DNA of 39,687 nucleotides from Acidimicrobiales bacterium (GTDB taxonomy: Bacteria > Actinomycetota > Acidimicrobiia > Acidimicrobiales > JAKAVM01): NCBI GenBank assembly GCA_027451785.1, contig DAIDIS010000065.1:1-39687 (forward strand), read 5' to 3'. The position numbers and the translations under genes were made by a program. Shown piece after piece: positions 36,768 through 39,687 of the stretch. Within the stretch, counting starts at the first letter, position 1. Every line of letters starts with the position of its first letter. The notes below the pieces were generated by a model. That model was given only the letters and a program-made list of their open reading frames with translations. It ran no database searches and was not told the origin of the DNA.

Positions 36768-37223
36768 GTGTGCATTGATGTGTATAGGCATCGCCAACGA
36801 AGCTACGCTCAGTTTGTGCCAATTATCTTCATCTCGGCAGATACGAAGGAAGTGCGCGAGTCGGTAAAGGCCGCGCTCACCATTCCCGATTGCGATTTCA
36901 TCGACACACAAGACGGCTACTCGGTAATGGAAGCGGTGGGCGAAACCGTCCCCGACCTTGCAATTCTCGACATGCAGGCCGGGAACATGGGTGGGATGGC
37001 CACCTGCTTGGAGCTGAGGCTGGAAGAGAGCGCCGGACGACTCGGTTACATTCCCGTCCTGTTGATGGTCGACAGGAGACCCGACGTGTTCCTGGCTCGC
37101 AGGTCACGCGCGGATGGGTGGATCGTAAAGCCGCTCAACCCAATCAAGCTTCGCAAGGCTGCACAGGCCTTGCTCAATGGCGAGGAGTACCAAGATGACT
37201 CCTATCTTCCCTCCCCTGTATAG
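36768..37223 (+). CDS. Stand-alone response-regulator receiver domain (CheY-like)
   Basis: The phospho-acceptor context DLAILDMQAGNMGGM and conserved Lys-Pro WIVKPLNP are present, with no output domain. The start is uncertain: GTG at 36768 has GGAG about 10 nt upstream, and the ORF track starts at 36684, overlapping the ArsA gene. Confidence 0.7.
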   Translation: MCIDVYRHRQRSYAQFVPIIFISADTKEVRESVKAALTIPDCDFIDTQDGYSVMEAVGETVPDLAILDMQAGNMGGMATCLELRLEESAGRLGYIPVLLMVDRRPDVFLARRSRADGWIVKPLNPIKLRKAAQALLNGEEYQDDSYLPSPV

Positions 37224-37329
37224 CGGTCCTGCGCCCATCCGCCTCGCCCGGAACCGCATGCCCGGCGTAAGCTAGGATCAACTTCTGCTCAGATCAGGTC
37301 GCATCGGCTGCGTGCCCAGTCTGAACCAG

Positions 37330-37406
37330 CGGGCTGTAGCGCAGCTTGGTAGCGCGCCTCGTTCGGGACGAGGAGGTCCCGGGTTCAAATCCCGGCAGCC
37401 CGACCA
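37330..37406 (+). tRNA. tRNA-Pro (anticodon CGG), CCA encoded
   Basis: Acceptor CGGGCTG/CAGCCCG, D arm GCGC-AGCTTGGTA-GCGC, anticodon arm CCTCG-TTCGGGA-CGAGG (anticodon CGG), T arm CCGGG-TTCAAAT-CCCGG, discriminator A, then CCA. Confidence 0.92.
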
Positions 37407-37419
37407 AAAAGTTCAAGCG

Positions 37420-37453
37420 CGAACGGGGGATCTTATCGACCCCTGTTCGTTTG
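37420..37453 (+). terminator. Hairpin following tRNA-Pro
   Basis: CGAACGGGGG / CCCCTGTTCG forms a 10-bp stem with one G-T pair and a ~10-nt loop, followed by TTT. The U-tract is short. Confidence 0.45.
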
Positions 37454-37716
37454 GAACCTTCTTCGGCTCGGGTATTTATCTGAAATTCTGGTTCCCAAGT
37501 GGCACGAGCATTTCAGGCATCTATCAGTCGCTGGTAGTTCGTAAAGGGATAATAGGAATTATCCGTGGAGCCCCGACTTTAACCCGGAGATGATCGGTCC
37601 TAGTTAGAGGTACGCATACCAACTATTTAACTATTGAGCATACCGCCGCAATTGAAACTCCTTGCCGGGGCAACCCCTCTTAGACTCCACAACCCACCAA
37701 GAGTTACGGGTCTAAG

Positions 37717-38706
37717 TCAAGACCAAGATGGCTCAAGAATGTCAGTAACCTCTCCAAGGCTCTCATAACAAGATTTCAATAGAAGCTCTCGGTCTTCAGC
37801 AGCCATTTCAGGATTCTCTATAATTAGGTTCAGCGTATTATGAACAAATCGAGTTAATGCTGATTGCTCCAGTCGCGTCGACTCAAGGTATCCGACGGAC
37901 TTCGCGAGGCGTATTATTTGTGGCCATTGATTAATGAGATGGGCCACGAATGCGATACCCGAGGTTCGTTGCTGTGGATGCATACGAAAACTACTGAGCG
38001 GCTCAATCATATAAGCCAGATCCCCAACCAGAAGCAGCCGTAACCAAATCAGAATGTCATATAGGCCCTCTGGCTCGCCATCTCCAAGTTTAAAGAAGTC
38101 AGAAGGGCTACCTGCATCCTCCGTGCGAAACATAGTGGTCGTCGGCTCGCCGATATAATTTACGAGATAGCCCAATAGCCTGTCTCCCGCAAACTTGCCA
38201 TTGATTATGATGTTTTTATCACTAAGGCATTGTGTCGACGAAGTAGGTGGGATTATCATGCCCTCTTCATCGATTGTCTGCCTAAACGAAGTAACAAGCG
38301 ATAGGCCGGGATTGTTCTCGAAGCAAGCAACCATCCGCGAAATGGCCTGAGGTTCTAGGAGATCATCGGCCAAGAGGTACTTGATATACGTACCGGATGC
38401 ATATTCGAAACACCTGCGGAAATTCTCCTTGGCACCCAGATTCGACTCGTTGATATGTACCTGAACGCGTACATCGCCCCGGGACGCCTCTTCAATGACT
38501 GTAAGCGTATCTTCAGTCGATCGATCGTCGACAATGATGATCTCGATATCGTTATATGTCTGATTTACTGCAGAATTGATGCACTTTCCAAGGTATTGCA
38601 CGTAGTTATAGGAAGGAATCAATACACTGACAAGTGGGCCACTAGTGGGAAGCTCGCCCGGGACGACCAACGGCTTGATCGGAGAATCAGTTTCCTGCAT
38701 CTTCAC
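37717..38706 (-). CDS. Family 2 glycosyltransferase (GT-A fold), low-GC gene
   Basis: VSVLIPSYNYVQYLGKCINSAVNQTYNDIEIIIVDDRSTEDT plus an LLADD (DxD-like) motif. Start is the GTG at 38706 or, more likely, the ATG at 38700 with AAGG 8 nt upstream. Hand-counted GC is 35-45% in sampled 60-nt lines. Confidence 0.85.
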   Translation of the reverse strand: MKMQETDSPIKPLVVPGELPTSGPLVSVLIPSYNYVQYLGKCINSAVNQTYNDIEIIIVDDRSTEDTLTVIEEASRGDVRVQVHINESNLGAKENFRRCFEYASGTYIKYLLADDLLEPQAISRMVACFENNPGLSLVTSFRQTIDEEGMIIPPTSSTQCLSDKNIIINGKFAGDRLLGYLVNYIGEPTTTMFRTEDAGSPSDFFKLGDGEPEGLYDILIWLRLLLVGDLAYMIEPLSSFRMHPQQRTSGIAFVAHLINQWPQIIRLAKSVGYLESTRLEQSALTRFVHNTLNLIIENPEMAAEDRELLLKSCYESLGEVTDILEPSWS

Positions 38707-38758
38707 TACCTTTGACTAGGAGCTTGTCCAGCTGAGATGGTTCAGACCTCAGCACTTC

Positions 38759-39687
38759 CTATTTCCCAGCTAACCTTTCCGCCACTTGGACTGCGTTCAG
38801 GGCAGCCCCTTTGCGCAAGTTGTCACCGGCTACGAATAGCGCGAGCGAGTTGGGTGTTGTTGGGTCAATCCGCACACGGCCCACCTGACAGTTGTCCGAA
38901 CCAGCGGTTGCGACAGGCGTTGGAACGTCAACTAGGTCAACCCCAGGAGCTTCCACCAAGGCTGACTCAGCTTGCTCGACACTAATCGGGCTTTCGAATC
39001 TTAAGCTCAATGACAGTGAGTGCCCGGTAAGGACCGGCACTCTTACGCAGGTACAGATTGCCTGCAGGGTAGGTGCGCTCAGGATCTTGCGGCTCTCATT
39101 CCGGAACTTGATCTCTTCGTCCGTCTCTTCGCCGACCAGCGAACCGATAAAAGGAACTACGTTGTAAGCAATCGGCGCGACGAACTTCGAGGGTGCAAGT
39201 TTGGAACTGAGGGACCCATCGAACACCAGCGATTGCGCATCCGGCCCTAATTCGTCCAACTGAGATCTAAGCTCTGCTACTCCTGCGGTTCCAGCGCCCG
39301 AAACAGCCTGAAACGCAGAGGCAACGGCACCAGCAATCGGCGACAGGGCATGTAGCGGAGCCATAGCCATCATTGCGACCATGGTGGTGCAATTGGGGTT
39401 TGCAACTATGCCCTTCGGAATGTATGCGAGGGCGTAGTCGTTGACATCGGCCACCACCAACGGCACGTCGGGGTCCATCCGCCATGCTGACGAGTTGTCT
39501 ATGACGATAGCCCCGGCTGACGCGACTTTCGGTGCGACCTCCTTTGATGTCGAGCCGCCGCAAGAAAAGAGCGCCACATCCAAGCCGGAAAAGTCAGATT
39601 CGTGCATGTTCTCGACTTCGATCCAAGTTCCCTCGTACTGGAGCTTCGTACCCGCTGAACGCTCGGACGCGAAGAACCTCAACTCAT
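38759..39687 (-). CDS. asd: Aspartate-semialdehyde dehydrogenase (5' end lies beyond the window)
   Basis: Active-site context IVANPNCTTMVAMMAMAPLH and a C-terminal GDNLRKGAALNAVQVAE. The N-terminal Rossmann segment is missing because the frame runs off the right edge. Confidence 0.9.
   Translation of the reverse strand, partial: ELRFFASERSAGTKLQYEGTWIEVENMHESDFSGLDVALFSCGGSTSKEVAPKVASAGAIVIDNSSAWRMDPDVPLVVADVNDYALAYIPKGIVANPNCTTMVAMMAMAPLHALSPIAGAVASAFQAVSGAGTAGVAELRSQLDELGPDAQSLVFDGSLSSKLAPSKFVAPIAYNVVPFIGSLVGEETDEEIKFRNESRKILSAPTLQAICTCVRVPVLTGHSLSLSLRFESPISVEQAESALVEAPGVDLVDVPTPVATAGSDNCQVGRVRIDPTTPNSLALFVAGDNLRKGAALNAVQVAERLAGK

Noticed and set aside
37560-37585. GGAGCCCCGAC segment that resembles the tRNA-Pro 3' end (GGCAGCCCGAC), a possible attR remnant for the low-GC cassette.
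   Set aside because: The match covers only about 8-9 of 11 positions, includes an indel and is short. It lies inside the low-GC tract rather than at its far boundary. That is not enough to claim an att site.
1-39687. Whole-window search for CRISPR arrays, IS elements or transposases, integrases, prophage genes, toxin-antitoxin pairs, restriction-modification genes or other known defence genes.
   Set aside because: I found no regularly spaced direct repeats, no terminal inverted repeats flanking a transposase-like ORF, and no nuclease, methylase, reverse-transcriptase or STAND-type ORFs. The window is essentially core-genome sequence with two small accessory insertions.

Overview
Gene-dense chromosomal segment of 39.7 kb, roughly 60% GC by hand counts of sample lines. 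It looks actinobacterial: a WhiB-family regulator, a Cys-free TopA with GxxGPY repeats and a Lys-rich tail, topA-tmk-holB-tRNA-Thr order, a ceoB/ceoC-like trkA pair, a GlnR-type orphan regulator, many GTG/TTG starts and GTGA/TTGA start-stop overlaps. The lineage call is inference only. I call 36 CDS, 2 tRNAs (Thr-CGU, Pro-CGG), 2 hairpin terminators and a few candidate operator repeats. One CDS is a speculative 24-codon mini-ORF, asd is cut by the right edge, and the first gene may be open at the left edge. Most content is housekeeping: argJ, holB, tmk, topA, H+-PPase, trkA x2, a sigma-70 factor, nadE, glnA, Fe-S carriers, asd. I see no CRISPR array, transposase, integrase, phage gene or recognisable defence or toxin-antitoxin module, so I cannot point to a clear novel system. 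The least-explained items are: (1) an 872-aa APC permease joined by a disordered linker to a C-terminal OB-fold module, divergent from the trkA pair; (2) a secreted protein with two IPT/TIG repeats and a C-terminal HH...HxH...Met-rich domain that may be a copper monooxygenase-like fold; (3) a WhiB, two ArsA/Get3-like ATPases and a receiver-only protein in one block, interrupted upstream by a three-gene amino-deoxy-sugar cassette; (4) a low-GC glycosyltransferase cassette wedged between tRNA-Pro and asd; (5) a nadE / glnA-glnR nitrogen module with a duplicated GAAAC-containing box in the divergent promoter; (6) a roughly 410-nt non-coding leader upstream of the sigma-factor gene and an uncharacterised 192-aa ORF abutting nadE. 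All functional calls come from motif recognition by eye, and no database search was possible.
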